This document shows positions 12,753 through 24,699 of a stretch of 64,000 nt of DNA, piece by piece. Made by a program: the position numbers and the translations under genes. Position 1 is the first letter of the stretch. Every line of letters begins with the position of its first letter. Source of the DNA: Octopus sinensis (lineage: Eukaryota); assembly GCF_006345805.1 (NCBI RefSeq), contig NW_021831839.1:56-64055 (forward strand). Reading direction: 5' to 3'. The notes beneath the pieces are model-generated. The model ran no database searches and had not been told where the DNA came from. It saw only the letters and a list, made by a program, of their open reading frames with translations.

Positions 12753-13800
12753 ATGAATTTGCCACCAATTTCTTCCGAGTCGGAGGAAAACTTTGAAAAT
12801 TTGTTTGAAGGCATGAAGGCGAAAATGTGGGAGGAGGAAGGTAAAAGTAAAGAGGCGTCTCACGCGCGCATTACTAAAGAAGACGACAAGATGTCTAGCG
12901 AGGCTACTACACAACAGGAAAAGTCAAAAGTAAATTTTGCGAGTGCAGCAACTCGCCCCTGTGATAATATAGTTATTAACAAAGAAGAATTAAAGAAATA
13001 CCAAGGTTTACTAAAAAAAAGGTGATAATGTGAAGTTGCTCCCTCCCAGTGAATTAATTTACGCGACGGAGAGAAGACGGTAATATACAAAACATATCAT
13101 GTGAAAATAGAAAAATTGACTTCGTGCCGAGGGAAGCCATAGAAAAATGCTTGAGGCCGATATGGCAACAAACAAGTTATATAACGAGGGGTAGTCGCTT
13201 TGGCACTGTAGAGGTGCGTTTCCCTTGCGAAGAAAAAGCTAGGGAACATTCACAAGGACATTGAAGTCGGAAGATGTAGTTCTCCTCCCGACTTATTTAG
13301 GAAAGAGAACTTCAAAAATAACGGTCACGGATATTCCACCCGAAATAGATGTGGCCTTTGTCATAGCCGCTATTCTCTTAGGCAAAGAGGAAGAAATTGC
13401 CATTCTTCTGCCTAAGAGATATCGCCACATGAACTGGTTTGGACAAGATTTAGAGCTTGTGATCCAAGCAAACCCCTCAGACTTAGAAAAATTGCCCAGT
13501 TCCCTCACAATTGGAGAAAATACCTGCATGATGGTAGTAGTCGAGAGGAGAAAGCCATGATGTTACTAATGTGGCGAGAAAGGCCACATAAGGTCGAGCT
13601 GTAAGAAGAAGACAGCCAAAGAAAATGCTGCCGAAAAGGCAAGCACGACGTCGAAGACAACAACCACACCGCTAGAAATAGCAGCCACATCGCGCACCCC
13701 AATTGCCGAAGTTCAGCCGACAGCGGGAGAAATCAACAACAACAACGACGACGACAACATCAACAATAACATCCAGGAGTGGGTCACCGTAGCACCTTAA
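12753..13800 (+). pseudogene. Tx1 ORF1 (nucleic-acid-binding, CCHC knuckle), frameshifted
   Basis: ORFs 12468-13025 and 13261-13560, then CY*CGEKGHIRSSC at ~13562-13603. Confidence 0.8.
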
Positions 13801-14319
13801 AAGGAAGACGGAAACGGAAAAACCCACCCTCTTCGGATACACAGGACTATGCTCCGAGACAGACAAGCACACCCACACCCACAAATACAGTCGCTAACTC
13901 ACACGTAGCCAAAAAAAACATACACACTGGAAAAAGCACACACAAACACACACACCTACCACAAGCACACACACACCTACAAACACCCACGCTTCTACAA
14001 GCACACATACCCCCACAAACACACGCACACACACCCCTCCACAATCGCCTAACATTAAAAAAAGAAACACCTTCACGGCGATAAATAAAAATAATAAACT
14101 ATTAAGAGACCAAATTATTTTAATGAAATCGCCGAAAAAATATATCGCAACAGATGTAAATAATACTATTTCTGAAAATGTAGAATTTTATACTATAGAG
14201 CCATCTGTACAGGCAATACGCAAAAAAAACTGACCTCGCAAAACACAACACTCACAGACAGAAAAGATGAGGGTGAAACTACACCCTCTCTTCCGTTAAA
14301 ACAGTAAGTTTTAAACTTT

Positions 14320-17300
14320 CGACTAATTTTTCACATTCTCGTTTAAACTCGGTTGTATAAATATTCGCGGCCTGGGGTCGTATTGGAAGCAAGGCTACCT
14401 CCTTAACGACCTTAGGTCGCATCGTTTGGATGTAGTGGTAATTACCGAATCCAGACTGAGTGGGCTGCAGGCCTTTATGCCCCTTCTAAACGGCTACGAG
14501 AAATACGTTTCTCCCTGTCGACCTGGAGGGAGAGGAGGAGTGGCAGTGCTGGTCAGGAAAAACCTGGATTTAGAGATTAGAACTGTCTTTATAGATCCGG
14601 AAGGCAGGTAGGTTGTTTTGGATGTGACGCACAGAAGTGGTAAAGTGTTCAGGCTGGTCGCTGTCTCTGCTCCCTGCGAAGGAAAAGCCGGGCAGAAAGA
14701 GTATTTCAAAAGCCTAGAGAATTTTCTTGGCACGTCGAACACGTTAGTATTGCTAGGTGACTTCAACATAATTTGCGATGCAAGCGTAGATTATGTTGGC
14801 TCGAGAAAGAATAGGAGGGGATTACCTCACCTCAACGATATGTTAAGTCGTTTCGAATTGGCAGATAGATTCAGACTGGACCATCCAGACACTCCAGCGT
14901 GGACCTGGGCAAGAAACGACGGGGCGTCCAGATCTTACATCGATAGAATCATAACTAGAAGGAAAGATAAGAAAATACTTAGCTGTCCACAACACCATAT
15001 CGTCAGCTACAGCGATCACAAATTAGTGACCTGTACGCTCGACATAGATAGCATGTGTAGACGAGGTACCGGTTACTGGAAACTAAACAAGTCACTATTG
15101 GACTGTGAAGCCTACAGGAATCGGATTAAACAATTAGTAATGAGGGCGTTTACCGGATCCATTATCAACAACAAATGGTGGTACGCCCTGAAAAGAGCCA
15201 TCAAATTTGAGTCAATTAGGTTTAGCAAAGAACTAGCTAGTGCTAGAAACAAAGTAGAAAAGGAACTAGTTAAGGCAATAGAAGAGGCAATGAGATCAGG
15301 CAGTGCATCGAAAGTGTTAGCGGCGAGGTTAGCACTCGACTAACATCTCAAAGCTAAACATAAAGGGTGCATTGTCAGGGCTAAGATCCGTGCAATGAGA
15401 CAGGAAGGGATCAACGCAGTCGGATGGGCCCGGGTGGTAGAGGGCCAGCATGGCAACAACTCAACCATTCGATCCTTGACGGGCCCAAATGGTCGATTAG
15501 TAAACGAACCCGAGGAGATGTGCAAGGTGTTTCATGATCATTTCGGCCAGCTATTCGGGAGGAGCGGCGAGCTGGAGCGCGGGGAGAAGCTCGCAGAGTT
15601 CCTAGCCGGTTCGCCGCGTCTATCGAGGCCGGACGCGGAATCTTGTGAGGCGCCGATCACAGCCAAAGAAGTCGAGGATATGTTGGCAGACTGCGGCGGG
15701 GACAAATCGCCGGGACTCGATGATCTGCCTTACGAACTCTATAGTAGCATGCCAGACTTGTTTGGGCACCTACTTGCATGCGTGTACACCAACTGGCAGC
15801 AGAACGGGAGAATTCCTAAGTCTGTGAGCCGAGGGGTGGTAGCGCTGTTAAGAAAGGACCCAAACAAGGGGGATTTAATTGATAATTTCCGGCCTATCAC
15901 TCTGCTTAACGCAGAGTTGAAGATCTTGGCCAAGGTCTTAGCAAAAAGGTTGGCGCGGGTCTTGGGTGAACTTGTTGCGAGGCGCAAACTTGCGCCATCC
16001 CTGGAAGGACCATCCACGACAATCTCCACTTTCTACGCTATGCCTTAGAAAGGGTAAATAGGATTCCTGGCAAGAGTGGGGCTATGGTCCACTAGGACCA
16101 ATCGAAAGCGTTTGATAGGGTGGACCATCAGTATCTGGCGGCGGCTGGCTTCGGCCCGACCTTCCGCGGATGGATCATCGCTTTATACAGCAACATCGAA
16201 TCGGTAGTTCGGGTAAATGGTTTCCTTTCGGAGCCGTTCAGCATTGAACGTTCGGTACGTCAAGGGTGTCCTCTCTCCCCGCTTCTCTACGTTTTGGCCC
16301 TCGAGCCGTTGCTGAGGAGGTTGGAAACTATGAAAGGCACTCCGCAAGATCTTGGGTGCGGAAAGTCAGCTTCGGCGCATGCGGACGACATCACCGTCAT
16401 CGTTTCCCGAGTCGAGCACCTACAGTGGGTGGGTGAGGCCTTAAGGGACTACGAAACGGTGGCAGGAGCGAAAGTCAACCGGGATAAATCGGTCGGCTTG
16501 CAACTCGGCACCTGGAGGGGCAAGACGATTTCTTCCGACAGCGTCGTAGGACGTTGGACGGAAGGACCGGTGAAAATGCTTGGGATCTGGTTAGGTCCAG
16601 ATCTCCAGATAGAGAAGAACTGGAGCGAGGTGGCGAGAAAGGTGGCTCTCCTAACTCAGACATGGTCTGAGCGGAAGCTGTCCTTGAAAGGGAGGGCGGA
16701 GGTTGCAGAAGTGTTTATCGCCTCTGTAATCACTTACCGCCTGACCGTCGTGCCTTGCCCTGATCCGTGGCTGAACAAACTGGAACGCATGCTCTTTCGC
16801 TTTTTGTGGAGGGGCAGCAGACCTCTTGTAAGGCGCTCTATTTGCTGCCAAAAGCCGCTGAAGGGTGGGTTAGGGATGCCGTGGCTAAAAATGCGCTCAG
16901 GCTTAGGCACCTCGGGATTTACCTGGACGGTGAGCAGGTGTGGTCTCCGTTTGTCAAGCTGTTATTTCCACAGTTCACATCGTTTAACGAACTGAACCCA
17001 TGGATCAAGTGTAGACCGAGGTTGGGCATGTGGCATGCAGAGTGCTATCAGGCACTCGTGCTTCTTTCCCAGTCGGGCAACGCCGGTGGCGGGGGTACTA
17101 CCTCGTTCTTCTATAGAGGGTTAGTAGAGTTTAAGTGTGACGACGTCCTAGGAGAAACTCTGGGCTTCGACGAAAATCAACTGGCCAGCCTGTTCCAAAG
17201 AACACTCGGTCCGGGGCCTATGGATAATTACCAAAAGTCCCTGGCCTGGCAATGTTACAAAGGAGCTTTACCGGTTCGAGATAAGCTCTTTAGACCTGGG

Positions 17301-17712
17301 TGTGCACCTTCGCCGGTTTGTGCAAGATGTCCTGCACGGAATTGTGCAATGCCCGAAGGTGACTGAACTCTGGGCTTATGTCGAACACCTGCTGTCGCAT
17401 TCGAGAAGAGTACAACTGTCAAGCGAATCTGTAATTAAGATCGGTCCGCCGACCTTCCTGAATAGGGAGGAGCGAGCCTGGTTTATTTCGGTAGTTGCTA
17501 TGGCGAAAGAAGTAGTGTGGAGGACGAGAGTAAAAGGAATTGCAACAGGCCTGTTTATCTCCAGTCTCGAGCTAATCGACTTTTTCGTTTTCCACATGAA
17601 ACGGAAAATAAGGCTGGAGAAGAAATGCCTGTCGCAAAGTGTGTTTCGTAAAAGATGGAAGTCTATAGCAAGTATGTTGCGAGTGAAAGAACCTGTTTTA
17701 TCGAGAATGTAG
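14320..17712 (+). pseudogene. Tx1 ORF2 (APE endonuclease, reverse transcriptase, C-terminal Zn motif), interrupted
   Basis: CINIRGL, VITES, LLGDFN, SYIDRI, SDH, GYWKLN, KSPGLD, FRPITLLN, SVRQGCPLSP and HADD motifs across ORFs 14426-17712, with several stops and frameshifts. Confidence 0.9.
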
Positions 17713-18524
17713 AAAAGGAGAAATCGAAGTCTTCAGCGTATGTGGTTTGTGGGGTCAACCGTGTCCTCCGCTTCATTTTTTGTTATTCACTCATTCTCAT
17801 TTAATTGTATATATTTTAATTGTTTGTTTATTCATACGTTTCGTCTCATTCGAAACCCTGACTCCAACGTTTGTTTGTCTCCTCTTTTTCTCAACCTTAT
17901 GCTGAATAAAGAAATACTCTCTCTCTCTCTCTCTCATAAATCCTTTCATTCTTTATACGGTGGGATAGAAGTGAAAATAGAGAAGAAAGAGAGAAGAATA
18001 AATTACACAGAGAAAGAAAAGGAGGAAGTGAAAGTAGAAGAGTCTGAACGGACATACAACATTGAAATGCTATCAGCTTATTTATCTACATAACCTAATT
18101 GGTTAGACGATAATAGAACGATAGTAGAGTGAGGGTAAAAGAGAGAGAGAGGTAAACAACAAAACAATTGGTTGACCTAAAAGTTGTCGATGGCTATGTA
18201 AGCAAGGTAAAAATATATTCTGATCTTCTAAACGGGCTTGGTTTAGGTTTTACATCCGCGTTTACTCTATATAATGTAAATGTAAGGATATCATTGTCGT
18301 CGGTAAGTAAATATTGTTTAATATTCATCTAAAGCTTGAATACAAGAAAACATAACTTGCTTTATAATTTCAACTGTCCAATTACAGAAGTTTAAGTTCA
18401 TATTCGGTTTAAATTTGGAGGTTTTATGTCTATTTAAGCGCCTCACAAAAAGCAGAGTAGCTTATTTAAACATGCACGCATAAAATGTGTAGACACACTG
18501 GTAAATTTTTACTGTTATCCGATA

Positions 18525-18555
<31 letters not shown>

Positions 18556-18639
18556 ATATTTACATGTATATGCGTGCATACATATATATTCTCTCTATAC
18601 ATTCACATAACACAACAGTATGTATATATATGTATGTGT

Positions 18640-18702
<63 letters not shown>
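18525..18702. repeat. Compound (TA)n microsatellite
   Basis: Direct reading of the sequence. Confidence 0.95.
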
Positions 18703-18705
<3 letters not shown>

Positions 18706-18981
18706 AATATTAGGGAATGAATCCAAAATTACAGGGAAAAATCAGATTTAGGGTTAAATCCATTTTATAGTAAAATATTATATAATATAATTCGAGACAA
18801 AACCACTATTTTAAAACCAAACAAGGAAAGACTTAATCAATACATAAAATTTTAATATAAATTAAATAAACCGCCACTACAATTGTTTCATATCTGCTAC
18901 CGACAATCTTCAGGTGGATTTTCGATCTTCTAATCAGTATCAAAATTTGATACTGATTAGAAGATCGAAAATCCACCTGAA
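18703..18981 (-). mobile_element. Non-coding PLE-type pseudo-LTR element ending in (TA)n, with a terminal palindrome
   Basis: Contains a hammerhead at 18874-18917 and a perfect 36-bp inverted repeat at 18909-18981. Abuts (TA)n, as the PLE at 1945 does. Confidence 0.6.
18874..18917 (-). ncRNA. Minimal type-I hammerhead ribozyme
   Basis: Minus strand: CCAC-CUGAAGA-UUGUC-GGUAGCA-GAUAU-GAAA-CAAUUG-UA-GUGG. Intact core, palindromic helix III, GUA cleavage triplet. Confidence 0.8.
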
Positions 18982-19014
18982 AAATTGATATCTTTTAATG
19001 AAATGTTATAAATA

Positions 19015-19555
19015 TACTTCAGATGGTGCAGATTCTAGTGATATCGGCATTAGTTATAGGAAAAAATTTCCTGAAGGTGGGGAAGAGAGTTTCCGAAAAT
19101 TTACAAAAGTCTGTTTTGTTTTTCTCATACCTTTCAGGAAACTGGGCATTTTTTCCCTTTTTTAATGAAATTTTCTATAAACACCATTCAGATAGTGTAG
19201 ATTATGTTTGTATTGGAATTTAATATGTAAAAGAAAGTAAAAAAAGATATGGGCTTGCTCCCATTTATAATGACAAACAATTCTTATTGAACTTTCGAGT
19301 TTCATTTTGTGGTTTATATCAGTGTGTATTTGTGCGAGATCGCCAATTACTCTTTCATTTTAAATACGATACAATCTTAACATACACTGTTTGAAAGATA
19401 TTTATAGAAAATTTCCTCAATGAAAATCTATTTTACTGAAAGTTAGGTAGAAACAAAGCCAACTCGTATAAATTTTCCGAAACTGCTCTCCCGACACTCG
19501 GAAAAACTTTTTCGCAACAAGTTTCGATATAATCGAAGTCCACACCTTCTGAATT
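19015..19555. mobile_element. Old MITE-like element with ~110-bp imperfect terminal inverted repeats
   Basis: 19018-19132 aligns with the reverse complement of 19440-19553 (e.g. GAGAGTTTCCGAAAATTTA vs GAGCAGTTTCGGAAAATTTA). Confidence 0.55.
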
Positions 19556-19631
19556 CCAATTGTAAAGCATTTCATTCGAAAAAGTAAGTTATGAGGAAAC
19601 AAATCGGTGGTGGGGCACAGTTGTGTAGGTA

Positions 19632-19674
<43 letters not shown>

Positions 19675-19884
19675 CTGTTTATATCCGCCTAAAAGTTATA
19701 AATCGTGTTTGTGTGTGCATGCATATGTACATTAGAGATACTGTGCTACGATGCGCATACAGTCTTCAGACGGATGTGTGTGACACACATACAGACACAT
19801 ATCCGTCTCAAGTCTGTATATGCATACGTTAGCTCAGTGACGCCATTAGACACTCATCCACTGACCAGGAACTAAATTTGCTTG

Positions 19885-20935
19885 GGGTGTGCAAAGCAAA
19901 GTCCAAAAGTTTCTACGAACAAGATAGACTTTTCATTCTTAATACCAAAACAGAAGTATAATAATAATGTTTTTATTATGGGGGTCGACTGAATAGGACC
20001 TGTGTGCTGGAGCATTCTCCTGATGAAACACGGCCCTCTTCATCAGTCTTCCTGGGCGTTTGGTCTTAGTAGCCTTTCATAACTGCCTTAGCAAGTTGGC
20101 ATAGCACTCTCCATTGAAAGTGTGACCCTTATGAAGACAGTCAATAAGCACAATGTCTTTTATATTCCAAAAAATCGGGGCCATAACCTTCTCTGTAGAT
20201 GAAACAACCTTATCCTTCAGTGGAGCAGGTGAAGAGAGGTGTTTCTTTCCACTGCATGGATTGCTTCTTTGTCTCTGGCTCAATGTGATGAACCCAAAAA
20301 CATCCTGGGTTAGGAAACAATCAAGGAAACGTGCTGGATCCACCTCAATGTCAGATGTTCTCGTGATCAACCTGGAGCATTTTTGATCGGGTGTCAGAAC
20401 ATGTGAGACCCAGCGAGCAGAAACCTTCATCATGCTATGTTCATTTTGCAGAATAGTCTCAACTCTCTCACAGGATATACTAACAGCACTGGGTATTTAA
20501 TTTATAGTCAATCACCTATCATTCATCATTATGTGATGAACACAATATCTTCCGTGGTGGCAGCAGCAGCTGCAGGACATCCAAGCCATGATTTTTCTGA
20601 AGACTATCTCTTCCCTTGCTAAATTTAGCTGCCACTTTTGTACTGACAACAAGGCAGGAGTGTCAACCCTTAATGTATCATGTCTACATGAATAACATCG
20701 GCATGAATGTCCTTGAGTGCCAAAACCTTTCCCTGTAGGTACTTGATTACAGCACGATGCCAAATTTTGTCTGTTTTCAAGAGAAGTTGCTAACAATTAT
20801 TTTTGAAGTTTTCTCCGGACAGTCAGATATCATTATATCTGGAAAGAAACAATGCATTTATTAAATAGGAGAATTGAAATTAATGCAAGCAAGATTTCAC
20901 AGCTCTTTCATCACTCTTTTATAGACAGCCTATGA
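19885..20935 (-). mobile_element. Decayed mariner (Tc1/mariner) transposon
   Basis: ORF 20077-20433 KVSARWVSHVLT...VMAPIFWNIKDIVLIDCLHKGHTFNGECYANLLRQL, continuing into FHQENAPAH. Confidence 0.88.
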
Positions 20936-22389
20936 AATTTTCATCCTACATTCGTACACATGGAAAAGTGTCTCAAAGCATTCCAAAAACTTTTCTGCAT
21001 GCACTCATTTTAGCAAAGACACTTTCTACGAGGATGTGCAATGCATTTTTATTATGCATTATGGCACTATGTGCTAGAGGGTGCTGTGTGATTGTGGTAC
21101 AGAGCCTGTTCTTCAAATGGTGAATGTGTTGGATGTTTGCTCATTTGATGCTACAGACACAGGTGAAGACAGAATAAGCTGTGTTAGCATCAGCACTTGT
21201 AGCATACTAGAATGAAAAACAACATCAGAAGCTCTCCGTTTTTCTACAATGTCACGTTGAGAATACTGACAGATTTTAGAATTCCTGGTTACGTATGTTG
21301 AAGCTGTAAAGTTTAATTAGTATTTGGTGGGGTGGGGGTTTTGATAATGGTGGTGGTATGTGTACTTTGACATTGGCTGATACTGCTTGTACGAATTGTG
21401 CATCTTGAAACAGATGTGTTAATAGATTTTACTTTATTTACAGTTTGTAGATTTATGATAGTGCTGTGAGGTATACATTCAGATTGAGCTGGAGTTTTTT
21501 CTTTGGTAATTTTAAAGTTTATTGAAAATTTTAAAATTTGGTGTATTGGTGCAATTCTCCACACTGAATCTCAGGGGCTAATTCACTTTTTCCAGAAATT
21601 AAAAAAAAAAAAAAGTTACAGAAGTTTAAAGTTTTATAATTTTTATCCAGTCATAAAACAGAATTTGGAAGCTATAATTTTGTATGTTCCAGCACGTGAT
21701 GTCAACTGTAAACAAATGAAATATTGACGAAATTCTGCTTTATGCACACCATATAACCCCTCATAAATTTTTTATATTTCGGAATTTTCAGAAAATTTTT
21801 GTGAATTTGTATTCTACACACAAGAATTCATACAATTATGCAAAAATGGAAATGCATTAGGAAATGTCTGAGGGATTGTTTACAAAGTATGATTTATTAT
21901 GAAAGGAAAATTGTTTTAATATCTCTTATACAATTCCAAAATTGCATGGCTTTCATGCCGGCTTTCTTGTAGACTAATTGAAACGAGAATGGCTGTTGGT
22001 CTACACATGATGTGATATTTGTCTTTAACTCTCCTTACCAAATAGTGCTAAATTTTCTATGTTCATTATGTGATCCACTCCAGAATGATAGCTATACATC
22101 ATTGTAATCATCTTGACTGGCTCCAGTGAGTTGCAGGGCTGCATCATGCTCCGTTTCAGCTTTGAGATCATTTCTCTGGCAGGATACCCCCTTTCTAACT
22201 CTAACCACTTTACAGTCTGTACTGCATGCTTTTTCATGCCACTGGCAGTTTTGAAGTTGCTAAGTAACTTGCAAGACAAAACAGAACAAGAAAGGAGAAG
22301 AAGAAAAACAGCCCTGTGTGACTTTCTACCCGGAACAAGCAAATGTGTGTTACTATAGAAAAGAAGCATGGCTACCCCACATTTAGATA

Positions 22390-23270
22390 AGGGTGGGTGA
22401 CAGATGGTTGTGATGAGGTGCTAGAGCAAAACCTTCCAAGAGAAAGAGATAAAATGGGTAGTGGATCAGGAGGGAAGGAAGAGATGGTTAGAGATGGGTG
22501 TAGAAGGGAATGTAGGGAATGATGTGGAGAGGAGGTGTGGCTTAAGTGGAAATAGCATTATGGAGTGGGGTGTAAGTTGAGAGAGAAATAAGTGACTCAG
22601 TGCTAATGGATCAGAATGTAGAGGATGATGAACAAGGCACAAGAGCAGTGGGAAGAGGGATGTAGAGATACATAAGGGTGGCTATAGTGAGTGGGTGTGG
22701 TGCGAGAATGAGAGCAAGTATGAAGGGTGTTAAGGTAAAATATGGCAGAGAAGAGCTGGGGAACGGATGCTTGTTGAAAGAGATAATAATTAGAAGGAAG
22801 GATGGAAACTGAGGGAAGGCCATAATTGGTAACACATAGTGTTAGGGGATGTAATAGTGTCAAGGAGGGATTGATGTTGGGGAGCTGAGATGTGGGGATG
22901 TTTGACAGGGCCCAGCACAAGCAAGCATAACCAAGGTGATCTTAGGACCTTATATTTGCTGTGATGGATGGGTCTTATCAAGTATAATGAATCCCCAATC
23001 ATTCAGTTCTTTGTCTTCCTGGGTCACCCTTTTCAACAAGTTCCATCCACTTTAAATGACCAGCATTTCTTTATGCAACTGTTCTCATCCATTTACATCA
23101 CATAACCAAACCAGTGCAGTCTTCACTTTTACATGCTGCATTTGATTCCTTGTATGCCAGTTTGCTGTACATGAAACCTGACATTGCACATCCATTGGAG
23201 CATACTAGTTTCATTCCTCTCTAGTCTTTGCATGTCCTCTATATTCAGAGTCCACATCTCACCACATCAT
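22390..23270 (-). mobile_element. Old RTE LINE 3' fragment with UTR
   Basis: 23000-23250 is the reverse complement of the RTE C-terminus seen at 61600-61990. 22390-23000 matches the purine/pyrimidine-biased UTR type at 11200-11640. Confidence 0.65.
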
Positions 23271-23284
23271 GATAGTGTTGATGA

Positions 23285-23640
23285 TGGGTGCTGGTGAGGA
23301 GCGTTGTGTTGGAGATGTAAGGGCAAGTGCGGCAGCATGGGCGGGAGCAGGGTAATGAGCTGGGTTTGGGAGGTTGAGTTAGGGAAGAAGCTGTGGACCA
23401 AGAGGTCTTGTAGGTTGTGGGCTCATTTGAAGGAGGGGAGGGGGTCAGTTAGGGAAGATATGCGAAGTGGAGGGGTCAGACTGGAGTCACCGTAAGGCTC
23501 GGAGAATGGTGCGTTGGAGAGGTAGGGTGGTGGGGTGGTAGGTGAGGAGAAACGGGAGACAGTGGGGCGGGTGCAGGGGGAGAGAGCAGATGCATGGTCC
23601 ACAGAATATGCTCTGGCAAGGGCAGTGTGGATAGTGGTGA
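23285..23640 (-). mobile_element. Penelope-like element fragment (RT-EN linker)
   Basis: Minus translation LQSDPSTSHIFP...NLQDLLVHS...PCSRPCCRTCPYISNTT fits the PLE linker and zinc motif. Confidence 0.7.
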
Positions 23641-24699
23641 GGATATATATATATATAAATGTGTTTATCTATCTGCCTGTTTGTGTGTGTCAGTTTATCT
23701 GTTTCTCTATCTACCTACTTACACAAACCCACCACAAATCACAAAAAATATGCAGTATATTGATTATGTTATCCTGTACTCTCCAGAGATGGTTGGTATG
23801 GAAGAAAATTTGAAAAACAGTCACCACATTTTCTTAATTACCTGCCAACTTAGAAGAGTCAGGCTTACATAATCAGGCTTTTACCTAACATCCTACTGAA
23901 CCCCAGTGCAAAACCAATTTGTAAGATTGGCCACGATGGATGTATAATATTTCAAATTTACAGAAAACAAAAGAGGAAGACAGGTGAGGGAACAACAGGT
24001 AGATGTATGAATTCAACGCTCAGGAAGAATGGAAAAGTCTTTGATATTTCAAGCTCATGCTCTTTGACAGAAAAGATTGAGTGGAGGAAAATGGAGAGAG
24101 AAAAAATGTGTAGGGATATATAAACTATACACTGTGATTTGTGTGTGTGTGTGTCTGCTTGTCTTGACCTTGCACAATACTCATGAATGTGTCAGCATCA
24201 TACATTTGGTGTTGCTCATTTCCAATCATCCACAAAAACATGTCCTGTCATGCAGAAAACATAACATTCTTGGAATCAAAGGAAGGTTGGGGAAAAGAGG
24301 GCCATCCAGTCAGAGAAAATCTGTCTCGGTGAATTCTTTCTCACTCATGTTAGTATAGAAATGTGGACATTAAAATGATGATGTTGATCATGAATTACTT
24401 CATATATTTGTAGACAATATTTATTTGTTGTATAACCTGGTTTGGCCTAAATTATCCTATTTTAACTCATTGTTCTGGCTTTCCAGCCAATTTGAAAGTC
24501 TGTCCCAGTTTTTAATAATCTTGAAATATTTATTTGTTACTATCTTTATTATTTGACAGAAAGGTGCAAGACATTGGTGCTAATTAGTCTTACTAAACCC
24601 TAATGAAACACTTGTAGCAGGAACCCAGTTGAGACTCAAAATTATAATCTTGTACTTCATTCATACACACGAAAAAGTCCAAATATTTAGAATTGTTCC

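Larger units (their letters stand above)
12549..17935 (+). mobile_element. Near full-length Tx1/L1-clade LINE, copy 2 (CpG-rich, few lesions)
   Basis: 5'UTR, ORF1 and ORF2 present. AATAAA at 17905 followed by (CT)n at 17917-17935. Paralogous to copy 1. Confidence 0.93.
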
